Below the pieces are notes generated by a model, which worked only from the letters and a program-made list of their open reading frames with translations, was not told where the DNA came from and ran no database searches. The position numbers were made by a program, and so were the translations under genes. Below, one piece after another: positions 23,571 through 32,000 of a stretch of 32,000 bases of DNA. Within the stretch, counting starts at the first letter, position 1, and each line of letters opens with the position of its first letter. This DNA comes from Aciduliprofundum boonei T469 (GTDB lineage: Archaea; Thermoplasmatota; Thermoplasmata; Thermoplasmatales; Aciduliprofundaceae): contig NC_013926.1 in NCBI RefSeq assembly GCF_000025665.1, positions 840,001 through 872,000 on the forward strand, given 5' to 3'.

Positions 23571-25877
23571 TCACCCCAAATAATCTTTTAGGGCACTACG
23601 CCAAGATTCTCTCAGGATATTCGTATGTATATTGAACAGCCAACGATTTCCGTCCCTTATCTTTAAATTCTCTCCCCCAACTAATCCAATTTTCCTAGCT
23701 TTTACTATTTTCTCGAATTCTTCCTCTTCTTCTTTCTTGACTTCACATATCCATCTAGTTGGACTCTCGGAGAACAGCTTGAAATCTGCACGCATAAAGC
23801 CCATAGAAGAGAGATCTATCTCTGCTCCCATCTTCCCCCCTATGCTCATCTCTGCAAGTGCAACAGCTAAACCTCCATGCGATACATCATGGCAAGATGC
23901 AATTAAATTCTCATTCATAGCTTTCAATATCTCTTCCATTCTATCTTTGAGTTCTTTTAGATTCACCTTGGGGACTATTGTGCTCTTTGCACCTATGAGC
24001 TTATAATACTCGCTGCCTCCCATTTCCTCTTTGGTTTCTCCCACGAGGTATATTGAATTTCCCTCTTTTTTGAAGTCTGTGCTAATTGCTTTCCTTATAT
24101 CACCAATTATCCCAACTGCCATGAGCACAGGTGTAGGAGGTATATTCTTTCCAAATGCTTCGTTGTAAAAACTCACATTTCCAGATACATAGGGTATGCC
24201 AAGAAATCGGGCAGCATCGCCCAACCCACGGCAAGCTTCATGGAATTCCCCCATTATTTCTTCTCTCTCGGGATTTCCAAAATTTAGTCCGTCTGAAAAA
24301 CTATGGGGGCGGGCACCAACGGCCACAAGGTTTCTTATGGCTTCATCCACTGTGTAAAGTGCACTTTGGTAAGCATCTATCTTTCCCATCTGGGGATTTG
24401 CCACTGTGGTTATTGCCAACCCCTTCCAAGAATCTTTTAGGGGTTTTATTATGGCTGCATCCCCGTGGGTTTCGTGGTTGATTATTCCCTGTAAAGGTTT
24501 AAGCACCGTCCTGCCTTGAACCTCATGGTCATATTGCCTAATTATCCACTCCTTGCTCCCTATGTTGTAAGAGCTTAGAAGGGATAAAAGCACATTTCTG
24601 TAATTTGGCTCTGTGGGAATTTCCTGCATTTTTTCAATTTTTTTAATTTTATAAGGCCTTTCATATTCAACTCCTGCAGTCACAAATTCAAGGGGTAAAT
24701 GCACGATGCGTTTTCCATACCAGTAAATATCAAGGTAATCACCTTCTACACTCTGCCCTATTATGCTCATCTCAATATCCCATTTATCACAAATTTCTCT
24801 TAACTTTTCAATATCTTTTTCCTCAACTGCAAGGAGCATTCTCTCCTGCGATTCACTTACCCAAATCTCCCATGGAGCCATATCCTTCTCCTTCAATAAC
24901 ACTTTATCCAAGTGCACTTCAGCTCCAACTCCCCCAGTATGGCACATCTCACCAATCACGCTTCCTAAACCTCCGCCGCCAAGGTCTTTCATGCCCTTTA
25001 TTATCCCTGCATCGTTTGCCTCTAAAATTGCGTGAATTAATGGCTCTTTTATTATTGGATTACCGAGCTGTACGGCCTGCCTCTCCTCTTCGCTCTTCTC
25101 ACTTAATATTTTCGAGGCGAAATTCACGCCATGGATCCCATCTCTCCCTGTGCGTCCTCCCATAAGCACAAATTTCAATCCTGCCTTGCTCACCACGCTT
25201 CTCACGATTTTATCCTTTCTAACTATCCCCAAGCATCCCGCATTTACCAATATATTGTTAACAAAATCTTCGTGGAAATATGTTATGCCCGCTACCGTTG
25301 GTATTCCGACCCTGTTGCCGTAGTCCCTTATCCCAGCTATCACCCCTTGCATAAGGTATAGGGGATGCTTTATCCCCGGATTGAGTTTCTCATAGGGATA
25401 ATCTGGAGGTCCGAAGAATAGAGGATCAACGAGGGCTATGGGCTTTGCACCCATATTCAGCACATCTCTTATTATTCCTCCAACTCCCGTGGCCGCACCT
25501 CCGTAGGGCTCTACAGCGCTTGGATGGTTATGGCTCTCTATTTTAAAAACATAGGCGTAATCTTCATTGAATTCAACAACGCCAGCATCATCCTGCATGA
25601 CTATTAGGGCATGCTTGGACGGTATGCCAAATATGTACTTGCGAAGCACTGGCTTGGATGATTTGTATGAACAATGCTCGCTCCATCCCTGCGCTATGGC
25701 ATGTATTTCAATATCTGTGGGATTTCTTCTAAGAGAGACAAAAAATTCCTGTAGTTTTTTCATTTCCTCTAAGCTCAAAGCTAGTCCCAAGCTCTCATTT
25801 ATCTCCTTGAGATCCTTCTCGCTTGCGTTTAAAATCTCAATTTCATAAACCTTTGGAGCTATTCCCCTCGCTCTCAT
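23571..25877 (-). CDS. purL: Phosphoribosylformylglycinamidine synthase subunit PurL
   Basis: 768 aa with SHNHPSAVEPYGGAATGVGGIIRD and the duplicated PurM-like domains. An ATGA overlap joins it to purS. Confidence 0.95.
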   Translation of the reverse strand: MRARGIAPKVYEIEILNASEKDLKEINESLGLALSLEEMKKLQEFFVSLRRNPTDIEIHAIAQGWSEHCSYKSSKPVLRKYIFGIPSKHALIVMQDDAGVVEFNEDYAYVFKIESHNHPSAVEPYGGAATGVGGIIRDVLNMGAKPIALVDPLFFGPPDYPYEKLNPGIKHPLYLMQGVIAGIRDYGNRVGIPTVAGITYFHEDFVNNILVNAGCLGIVRKDKIVRSVVSKAGLKFVLMGGRTGRDGIHGVNFASKILSEKSEEERQAVQLGNPIIKEPLIHAILEANDAGIIKGMKDLGGGGLGSVIGEMCHTGGVGAEVHLDKVLLKEKDMAPWEIWVSESQERMLLAVEEKDIEKLREICDKWDIEMSIIGQSVEGDYLDIYWYGKRIVHLPLEFVTAGVEYERPYKIKKIEKMQEIPTEPNYRNVLLSLLSSYNIGSKEWIIRQYDHEVQGRTVLKPLQGIINHETHGDAAIIKPLKDSWKGLAITTVANPQMGKIDAYQSALYTVDEAIRNLVAVGARPHSFSDGLNFGNPEREEIMGEFHEACRGLGDAARFLGIPYVSGNVSFYNEAFGKNIPPTPVLMAVGIIGDIRKAISTDFKKEGNSIYLVGETKEEMGGSEYYKLIGAKSTIVPKVNLKELKDRMEEILKAMNENLIASCHDVSHGGLAVALAEMSIGGKMGAEIDLSSMGFMRADFKLFSESPTRWICEVKKEEEEEFEKIVKARKIGLVGGENLKIRDGNRWLFNIHTNILRESWRSALKDYLG

Positions 25878-26119
25878 ATCTCCTCAACCCTAAATTCGTA
25901 ATCGTGTATTATGGGATTTACAAGGAGTTTTTTTATCATCTCCTCCACTTCTTTCTTTCCATCCTCCAGTGATAAATCAAGATATATTTCATAGAGTTTT
26001 GCCACCTTAACCTCTTTTATTCCCTCAAAATTCAGGAGTTCTAAACTGTGCTTAATTGTCTTTCCCTCAGGGTCATCAACACCCTCTTTGAGCTTTACAA
26101 TTATCGTGGCTTTAAGCAT
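25874..26119 (-). CDS. purS: Phosphoribosylformylglycinamidine synthase subunit PurS
   Basis: 81 aa with VKLKEGVDDPEGKTIKHSLELLNFEGI...VNPIIHDYEF, the PurS pattern. It is first in the purSLQ order. Confidence 0.9.
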   Translation of the reverse strand: MLKATIIVKLKEGVDDPEGKTIKHSLELLNFEGIKEVKVAKLYEIYLDLSLEDGKKEVEEMIKKLLVNPIIHDYEFRVEEI

Positions 26120-26190
26120 ATTTGCTATATGCGAAAGTTGTACTTAACTCTTTTAGAAAGATTTAATTACCTTACCAATTTACGGAATTT

Positions 26191-26484
26191 GTGGTAAAAA
26201 TGTATGTGGTATTCAAATTCAAGGGTGAGGATGCGAAGATGAGAGAAATGTACCAAGATGATTTAGTTGGGAGGCAAACTATAATCAAGAGAGATGCTAA
26301 ATCTTTAGGATTAGACGGGAAAGAAGTGTATATAGTCGTTGAGGGCTCTTCTGATGCCATAGAGAGAGCAAAGGAGATTGCAGAGGATTTCATAATTAAG
26401 GGTGAAGAGGCGGGAAAGATATACAGGAAAATAAAAGAAAGCGAGGAAGAAGCATCCTTTGGTATGGGGGCAATATTCGGATGA
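26191..26484 (+). CDS. Hypothetical small protein ending in a ribosomal-stalk-like tail (…EEEASFGMGAIFG)
   Basis: 97 aa (94 aa if it starts at the ATG at 26200). The stop overlaps the nep1 start (ATGATG/TGA). I did not recognise the N-terminal ~80 aa. The C-terminal 13 aa align with the archaeal aP1/aP0 tail consensus EEEALAGLGALFG. Confidence 0.6.
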   Translation: MVKMYVVFKFKGEDAKMREMYQDDLVGRQTIIKRDAKSLGLDGKEVYIVVEGSSDAIERAKEIAEDFIIKGEEAGKIYRKIKESEEEASFGMGAIFG

Positions 26485-27140
26485 TGCACTTAATTCTTGC
26501 AGATTCTGAGCTTGAGCTTGTGCCTCAGGCAATACAAGGACATCCTGCGATTGTAAAACATGCGAAGATGAGAAAGAAAAAACCCTCCCGTATATTGCTT
26601 GATTCCACTTATCATCATCAGGCCATAAGAAGCAAGTATGCTGCGGAGGCGGAAAGAAGAGGAAGGCCAGATATTGTTCATTTCTTTCTTATGAATGCCC
26701 AAGAATCGTTGTTGAATTATGAAGGGAAGTTGAGGGTTTATGTGCACACTAGAAACAACGATGTTATTCGCATCTCTCCAGAGACGAGATTGCCTAAATC
26801 CTACAACAGATTTGTTGGGTTAATGGAGCATGTTTTTCAGAACAAGTATGTGCCAGATAAGGAGAATCCTTTGCTTACCTTGGAGAAGATGAGCTTGCGT
26901 GCCTTGGTAGATGAGATAGGAAATAAAGCAGTAGTGCTCTCAGAGAAAGGAAAAAAAGTGAATTTGAAAGAATATGATATTCCTGAAGATATTACATTCA
27001 TAATAGGCGGTTTTCCAAGTGGAGATTTTTTGAGTAATGTGAATTTTGCCGATGAAATTGTATCCATCTATGATGGCACTTTGATGGCTTGGGTTGCCGC
27101 TTATGAGGTCATAGCAAGGTACGAAAATTTGTATCTTTAA
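26481..27140 (+). CDS. nep1: Ribosomal RNA small-subunit pseudouridine methyltransferase Nep1 (Emg1)
   Basis: The N-terminus is LILADSELELVP, followed by GRPDIVH and a SPOUT-type C-terminus (IIGGFPSGDF). Confidence 0.9.
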   Translation: MMHLILADSELELVPQAIQGHPAIVKHAKMRKKKPSRILLDSTYHHQAIRSKYAAEAERRGRPDIVHFFLMNAQESLLNYEGKLRVYVHTRNNDVIRISPETRLPKSYNRFVGLMEHVFQNKYVPDKENPLLTLEKMSLRALVDEIGNKAVVLSEKGKKVNLKEYDIPEDITFIIGGFPSGDFLSNVNFADEIVSIYDGTLMAWVAAYEVIARYENLYL

Positions 27141-27175
27141 GGAAAATTTTTATCTCACAAGCCCATATATGAACA

Positions 27176-29482
27176 ATGCCAAGCTTGATAAAGAAGAGAA
27201 GTGGAGATTATGTGCTTTACGATAGAAAGAGAATAGCTAATGCCATAAAAAAAGCGTTCTTGGAAACTGGAGAAGTTGACACTCCAGAAGAGATTGCAGA
27301 CGAACTATCTAAAATTGTTGAAGAGAGAATACAGAAATACGAGATACCCTCTGTGGAGCAAATTCAAGACGAGGTTGAAAAGCTACTCATGGAGAAGAAG
27401 TACACGCGCACTGCCAAGGCCTACATAGTTTATCGTGAAACAAGAAAGAAGGTACGGGAAGCAAAGAAGATACTCGGAGTGGAGGATGACCTCAAATTAA
27501 CTGTGAATGCGATAAAAGTGCTTGAAGCCAGATACTTGCTTAAAGATGAGAAGGGAAAGATTATTGAAACACCAAGGCAGATGTTCTACCGTACGGCAAG
27601 ATATATAGCTCTCGTGGATGCATTATATTTTGATGAGGTTTTTGATTTAAGCGGTAAGCAAAAGAGGAGAAATGAGGTTTTCGCAGGAAAGAGCAATTTA
27701 GGCGTTTATGAAATGGATATGCTAAAAAGAGCGTATAGAAGATTGAATTTTAAAGGGCATATGAAGGTTGATTTCTCAGAATTTATTCGCATTTTGAATG
27801 ATAAATGGGATATTATAGAGGAGCGGATTAAGGAATTCTACTCTATAATGGTAAACCGCTATTTCATACCAAATTCTCCAACACTTATGAACTCAAATAC
27901 TCGCTTAGGCCAGCTAAGTGCGTGCTTTGTTTTGCCGGTACCGGATAGCATAGAGGGCATATTCAATGCAGTGAAGTATGCGGCGATGATACACAAGAGT
28001 GGAGGAGGTACAGGATTCTCCTTTTCTAGATTGCGCCCCAAGGGAGATATAGTGGCTAGCACTATGGGAGTGGCCTCGGGGCCACTATCTTTCATGCGTG
28101 TGTTCGATGTAGCCACAGATGTGATAAAGCAGGGGGGAAAGAGAAGGGGAGCGAATATGGGGGTGCTAAGTGTGCACCATCCGGACATACTGGAGTTCAT
28201 CACCTCCAAGGATTCTGAGAATAAAGTGCTTAGCAATTTCAACATAAGCGTGGCGGTGACGGACGAGTTTATGGATGCGTTGCTCAGAGATGATTACTAT
28301 CCACTTCGCAATCCCAGAAATGGGGAGGAAGTGAAGAGAATCAAAGCAAGGCAAGTTTGGGACCTGATAATAACGCAGGCGTGGAAGACAGGAGACCCGG
28401 GAGTGATATTCATAGATGAGGTGAATAGAAAACATCCTGTAAAGCATTTGGGGGAGATAGAAAGCACGAATCCCTGTGGAGAGCAGCCCTTATTGCCATA
28501 CGAGTCCTGCAATCTCGGCAGCATAAATCTATCGCTCTTCGTCGAGAACGGAAAGATAAAATGGGACAAGTTGCGTAAAGTGATCCATATAGCTATTCAT
28601 TTTCTTGATAATGTGATAGATGCGAATAGATATCCACTGCCCCAGATAGAGAGAATGACTCTTCTTACACGCAAGATAGGCCTGGGGGTTATGGGCTGGG
28701 CGGAGATGCTGATAAAGTTGGGCATACCGTACGATAGTGAAGAGGCAGTAGAGCTTGCGGAGAAGGTAATGAAGTTCATAAATGAGGAATCGCACAGGGC
28801 GAGTATGAAACTTGCGGAGAAGAGGGGAGTGTTCCCGGCGTGGGAAGGTAGCGAGTGGTGGAAGAAGGGAATGAAGATAAGAAATGCAACCACTACCACG
28901 ATAGCACCTACAGGCACGATAAGCATAATTGCAGGCACTTCTTCCAGCATTGAACCCCTGTTCGCCATTGTCTATGTACGCAGGGTACTTGAGGGTGAGG
29001 AATTATTGGAAATAAATCCATTATTTGAGGAAATTGCAAAGAAAAGGGGCTTTTATTCCGAGGATTTGATGTTGGAAATTGCAAAATCTGGTAGCATTCA
29101 AAATTTGGATGTGCCTGAGGATGTGAAGCGAATATTTAAAACAGCACACGATATTGGGCCCTCTTGGCATGTTGCTATGCAAGCAGCATTCCAAAAATAT
29201 GTGGATAATGCAGTTAGCAAGACTGTGAATTTAAGGTACGATGCCACTCCGGAGGATGTTGAGAAAGTGTATATGCTTGCTTATCAACTCAAATGCAAGG
29301 GTATAACGATTTACAGGGACAAAAGCAAGAAAGAGCAGGTTATAGATAAGGCAGATAAGGCCATAGAAGGAATATTAAAAAGAAAAGAGAAGGAGCTGCT
29401 TCAGGTGAAATTATTTCCGGAGGAGTATGTGAAACTAGATTCTACAGAAACAGCAGCTTGCAGGGATGGAACTTGTGACTGA
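27176..29482 (+). CDS. nrdJ: Adenosylcobalamin-dependent ribonucleotide reductase (class II, NrdJ) with N-terminal ATP-cone
   Basis: The N-terminal ATP-cone reads KRSGDYVLYDRKRIANAIKKAF. The catalytic blocks are SACFV, GGGTGFSFSRLRPKG and STNPCGEQPLLPYESCNLGS. The C-terminal Cys pair is CRDGTC. No intein is evident at 768 aa. Confidence 0.95.
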   Translation: MPSLIKKRSGDYVLYDRKRIANAIKKAFLETGEVDTPEEIADELSKIVEERIQKYEIPSVEQIQDEVEKLLMEKKYTRTAKAYIVYRETRKKVREAKKILGVEDDLKLTVNAIKVLEARYLLKDEKGKIIETPRQMFYRTARYIALVDALYFDEVFDLSGKQKRRNEVFAGKSNLGVYEMDMLKRAYRRLNFKGHMKVDFSEFIRILNDKWDIIEERIKEFYSIMVNRYFIPNSPTLMNSNTRLGQLSACFVLPVPDSIEGIFNAVKYAAMIHKSGGGTGFSFSRLRPKGDIVASTMGVASGPLSFMRVFDVATDVIKQGGKRRGANMGVLSVHHPDILEFITSKDSENKVLSNFNISVAVTDEFMDALLRDDYYPLRNPRNGEEVKRIKARQVWDLIITQAWKTGDPGVIFIDEVNRKHPVKHLGEIESTNPCGEQPLLPYESCNLGSINLSLFVENGKIKWDKLRKVIHIAIHFLDNVIDANRYPLPQIERMTLLTRKIGLGVMGWAEMLIKLGIPYDSEEAVELAEKVMKFINEESHRASMKLAEKRGVFPAWEGSEWWKKGMKIRNATTTTIAPTGTISIIAGTSSSIEPLFAIVYVRRVLEGEELLEINPLFEEIAKKRGFYSEDLMLEIAKSGSIQNLDVPEDVKRIFKTAHDIGPSWHVAMQAAFQKYVDNAVSKTVNLRYDATPEDVEKVYMLAYQLKCKGITIYRDKSKKEQVIDKADKAIEGILKRKEKELLQVKLFPEEYVKLDSTETAACRDGTCD

Positions 29483-29517
29483 GGAAAACTTTTAAATGTG
29501 CCGTGCATTAAAGGTTT

Positions 29518-30867
29518 ATGCTTGATTCTTTAGGCGAGTCGCTCAGGAATACAATAAGAAAAATATCAAAAGCGGGGTATGTGGATGAATCTTTAATCAA
29601 GGAGGTTGTAAGGGATATTCAAAGAGCTTTGCTTCGGGCTGATGTTGAAGTTCATCTAGCCTTAAAGCTTTCAAAGAATGTAGAGAGAAGGGCTCTCGAG
29701 GAAAAACCTCCCAGTGGGATGAGTCATCGTGATTTTTTAATCAAGATAATCTATGAAGAGCTCGTTGCTATTTTGGGGAAGGAGAAGGAGGTGGCATTAA
29801 AGCCGCAGAAGCTCATGCTCGTTGGCTTGTATGGACAAGGTAAGACAACCACCGCTGGAAAGCTTGCAAGGTATTTTCACAAAAAGGGTCTAAGCGTGGC
29901 TTTGATTGCCTGTGATGTGCATAGGCCTGCCGCCTATGAGCAATTGAAGCAAATAGGTGAGCAGCTCAATGTACCCGTATTCGGCATTCCTGGAGAGAAA
30001 GATGCAAGAAAGATTGCTAGAGAAGCGGTAAAGAAAATGAAGGATTACCAAGTTCAAATTTTTGATACTTCTGGCAGGCATGCTCTTGAGGATGATTTAA
30101 TCGAAGAGATAAAAGATTTGAAAGAAATAATTCAGCCAGATGAGATTTTCTTGGTTTTGGATGCTACAATAGGGCAGCAAGCTGGAAAGCAGGCAAAGGC
30201 CTTTCACGATGCTGTTGGAGTCACAGGGGTAATAATTACAAAGATGGATGGAAGTGCAAAGGGAGGAGGTGCCTTGAGTGCAGTGGCTGCCACAGGAGCA
30301 CCGGTAGTGTTTATTGGGACTGGCGAGCATCTTGAGGACTTAGAGCATTTCAATCCAACACGCTTCATATCCAGATTGTTAGGTATGGGTGATTTAGAAA
30401 CTTTACTTGAAACCGCAAAAGAATTAGAGTTAAAGGAAGAAGAAGCAGAGAAGGTAATGGAGCGCATGATGAGTGGAAAGTTCAATCTAAAGGATATGTA
30501 TGAGATTTGGGAGCAGATGGCAAAGCCCGGACTTTTGCAGAAAATTCTTTACTCTCTACCATTTTTCAAGATGGGGGATATAGATAAAGGAATGGTTGAG
30601 GAAAGCGAGGAGAAATTGAGAAAGTATAGAATAATAATGGATTCTATGACATACGAGGAATTAGAGAATCCTGAAATAATAAAATCCTCAAGGATTAAGA
30701 GGATTGCCAGGGGAAGTGGAAGAAGTGAGCAGGAAGTGCGCTCTTTGCTCAAAGAGTATAACAGGATGAAAAAGACAATGAAGCAGATGCGCGGAAATCG
30801 TAAATTGATGAGAGCTTTAAGAAAGCAATTAAAAAGTGGAGATTTTGATATGTCGGGATTCACATGA
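29518..30867 (+). CDS. srp54: Signal recognition particle protein SRP54
   Basis: The G-domain motifs are GLYGQGKTTTAGKLA, DTSGRH, TKMDG and GTGE. The Met-rich M domain contains MGDL. Confidence 0.97.
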   Translation: MLDSLGESLRNTIRKISKAGYVDESLIKEVVRDIQRALLRADVEVHLALKLSKNVERRALEEKPPSGMSHRDFLIKIIYEELVAILGKEKEVALKPQKLMLVGLYGQGKTTTAGKLARYFHKKGLSVALIACDVHRPAAYEQLKQIGEQLNVPVFGIPGEKDARKIAREAVKKMKDYQVQIFDTSGRHALEDDLIEEIKDLKEIIQPDEIFLVLDATIGQQAGKQAKAFHDAVGVTGVIITKMDGSAKGGGALSAVAATGAPVVFIGTGEHLEDLEHFNPTRFISRLLGMGDLETLLETAKELELKEEEAEKVMERMMSGKFNLKDMYEIWEQMAKPGLLQKILYSLPFFKMGDIDKGMVEESEEKLRKYRIIMDSMTYEELENPEIIKSSRIKRIARGSGRSEQEVRSLLKEYNRMKKTMKQMRGNRKLMRALRKQLKSGDFDMSGFT

Positions 30868-31433
30868 GAGCTTTTTTAGTTATAGGGCACAAATTTAAAG
30901 GGGAGATAAATTTAAACGACCTTCCTGGCTCTGGGAGAATAGATGTTATTGCAAGATGCATAAATGCTGCCATATTTCTCTCCCACAACATAAGGAGAGA
31001 TGTTCTATTCTTCGCTTACTTCCCACAAATCAATGCTCGTTTACGAATTGATTCCTCGCAAGTTAAGTATTTAAATCCCGATGAGAGAAGCACAGCTGCC
31101 TTAATAAGAAATGCCATTTTAAAATTAGGAGAGAGTGAGATTAAGAGTTCTCCAGGATTTTACATAAAAAGGGCTAGTTTTGAAGAAGTTTTAAATGAAA
31201 TTGCAGAAATAGGCAATGTATATTATTTGCGTGAAGATGGAAAGGACATAAGGGAGCTGGAGTTTCCGGCTAATGCATCCTTCGTATTGAGCGACAGCGT
31301 AAATATGAGTGAAGATGAAGAGAAGCTTGTGGATAAATATGCGGATGATATCGTAACTGTGGGGCCGAAGATCATACTAGCTTCTCACGCCATATCCATT
31401 GTGCATAACGAGTTAGACAGGCGATTTCCATGA
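30864..31433 (+). CDS. trmY: tRNA (pseudouridine54-N1)-methyltransferase TrmY (DUF358/SPOUT)
   Basis: LNDLPGSGRIDVIARCINAAIFLSHNIRRDV and LNPDERSTAALI closely parallel my recollection of the Methanocaldococcus TrmY sequence. An ATGA overlap joins it to srp54. Confidence 0.8.
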   Translation: MRAFLVIGHKFKGEINLNDLPGSGRIDVIARCINAAIFLSHNIRRDVLFFAYFPQINARLRIDSSQVKYLNPDERSTAALIRNAILKLGESEIKSSPGFYIKRASFEEVLNEIAEIGNVYYLREDGKDIRELEFPANASFVLSDSVNMSEDEEKLVDKYADDIVTVGPKIILASHAISIVHNELDRRFP

Positions 31434-32000
31434 TTCGATTATCCTATGGTACAGCGGTTAAAATGGGTTTAAAAGAAGGAAAGATGCTTGCAGAACCTAC
31501 AACTGCTTACATAATGCTCGGGGAGAGATGCATATCCAATTGCCTATTTTGTGCTCAAAGAAGAGAAGGCAGAAAAGAAGGTTATTTATCACGAGTTTTG
31601 TGGCTCTCCTATACGGATGAGGTTCTTCGCAATTTAAGAGGATTCTCACGAGTGTGCTTTCAAACTCTTGATTATCCTGAGGTTGTGAATGATTTGAGTT
31701 CCCTACTTCCCCTATTGCCTTCCATTCCTGTTTCAGTTTCTATAGTTCCTATTTCTAATGAGGATATGAAGAGGTTAAAAGAGGAAGGTGTTGAAATTAT
31801 CAGTATTGCATTGGACGCTGCTACTAAGGAAATATTTGATGATGTTAAAGGGTACAAAGTCGGAAATCGCTTCACTTGGGAAGGGCATTGGAGAGCTTTG
31901 AAAGATGCAATTAAAATTTTTGATTCTGTGAATACACATTTAATTGTTGGATTGGGAGAGAGTGATAAAGCATTGTACAATATTATGGCGAGATTGAGTG
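31430..32000 (+). CDS. Radical SAM domain protein (biotin-synthase-like), 5' part; it continues beyond the window
   Basis: The frame from the ATG at 31430 (ATGA overlap with the trmY stop) stays open to the window end. It has CISNCLFC (the CxxxCxxC radical-SAM cluster motif) and later IVGLGESD. Confidence 0.75.
   Translation, partial: MIRLSYGTAVKMGLKEGKMLAEPTTAYIMLGERCISNCLFCAQRREGRKEGYLSRVLWLSYTDEVLRNLRGFSRVCFQTLDYPEVVNDLSSLLPLLPSIPVSVSIVPISNEDMKRLKEEGVEIISIALDAATKEIFDDVKGYKVGNRFTWEGHWRALKDAIKIFDSVNTHLIVGLGESDKALYNIMARLS

Noticed and set aside
22808-25848. Multiple plus-strand ORFs (76-124 aa) across purQ and purL
   Set aside because: They are antisense shadows of strongly supported pur genes. 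Their composition is low-complexity Ser/Pro/Phe, and no independent signals were seen.
27859-28968. Five overlapping minus-strand ORFs (88-128 aa) inside nrdJ
   Set aside because: They are antisense to the RNR catalytic core and are a consequence of the GC-elevated segment. None has a recognisable motif.

Overview
The window looks like a compact archaeal chromosome segment, probably from a thermophilic euryarchaeote. About 90% is coding and overall GC is roughly 38-40%, but the tRNAs are GC-rich. GGTGA/GAGGTG Shine-Dalgarno motifs are frequent, and so are ATGA/TAATG start-stop overlaps. The content is mostly housekeeping, in this order:

- An oxidative-stress cluster: superoxide reductase 3' end, OsmC, peroxiredoxin and a small ferritin-like protein.
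- GTP-dependent PEP carboxykinase.
- The Zn-ribbon/aEF-1beta pair.
- Two large glycosylation-sequon-rich surface proteins, one DUF4430 plus beta-propeller and one beta-helix plus FN3.
- A PPAT-NTPase fusion.
- A minimal SufC/SufB-like pair, an Asp-ligated ferredoxin, an SDR, an amidohydrolase, a NUDIX hydrolase and an MBL hydrolase.
- KptA/Tpt1.
- purS-purL-purQ.
- Nep1, class II ribonucleotide reductase, SRP54, TrmY and the start of a radical-SAM gene.

Three tRNAs are present: Arg-CCU, Leu-GAG and Ala-UGC. I saw no CRISPR array, transposase, integrase or recognisable defence system.

The most unusual observations are:

- A 97-aa protein, translationally coupled to nep1, whose C-terminus copies the ribosomal stalk aP1/aP0 tail peptide.
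- A Cys-rich, internally duplicated small ORF that starts 4 nt after tRNA-Arg.
- A hairpin-rich 317-bp spacer between the convergent tRNA-Leu and tRNA-Ala genes, stop-free on both strands.
- GC3-rich mosaic segments in the amidohydrolase gene and in the nrdJ core.
- An orphan EncFtn-like ferritin with no encapsulin gene nearby.

All family assignments come from reading motifs by eye. No database search was run.
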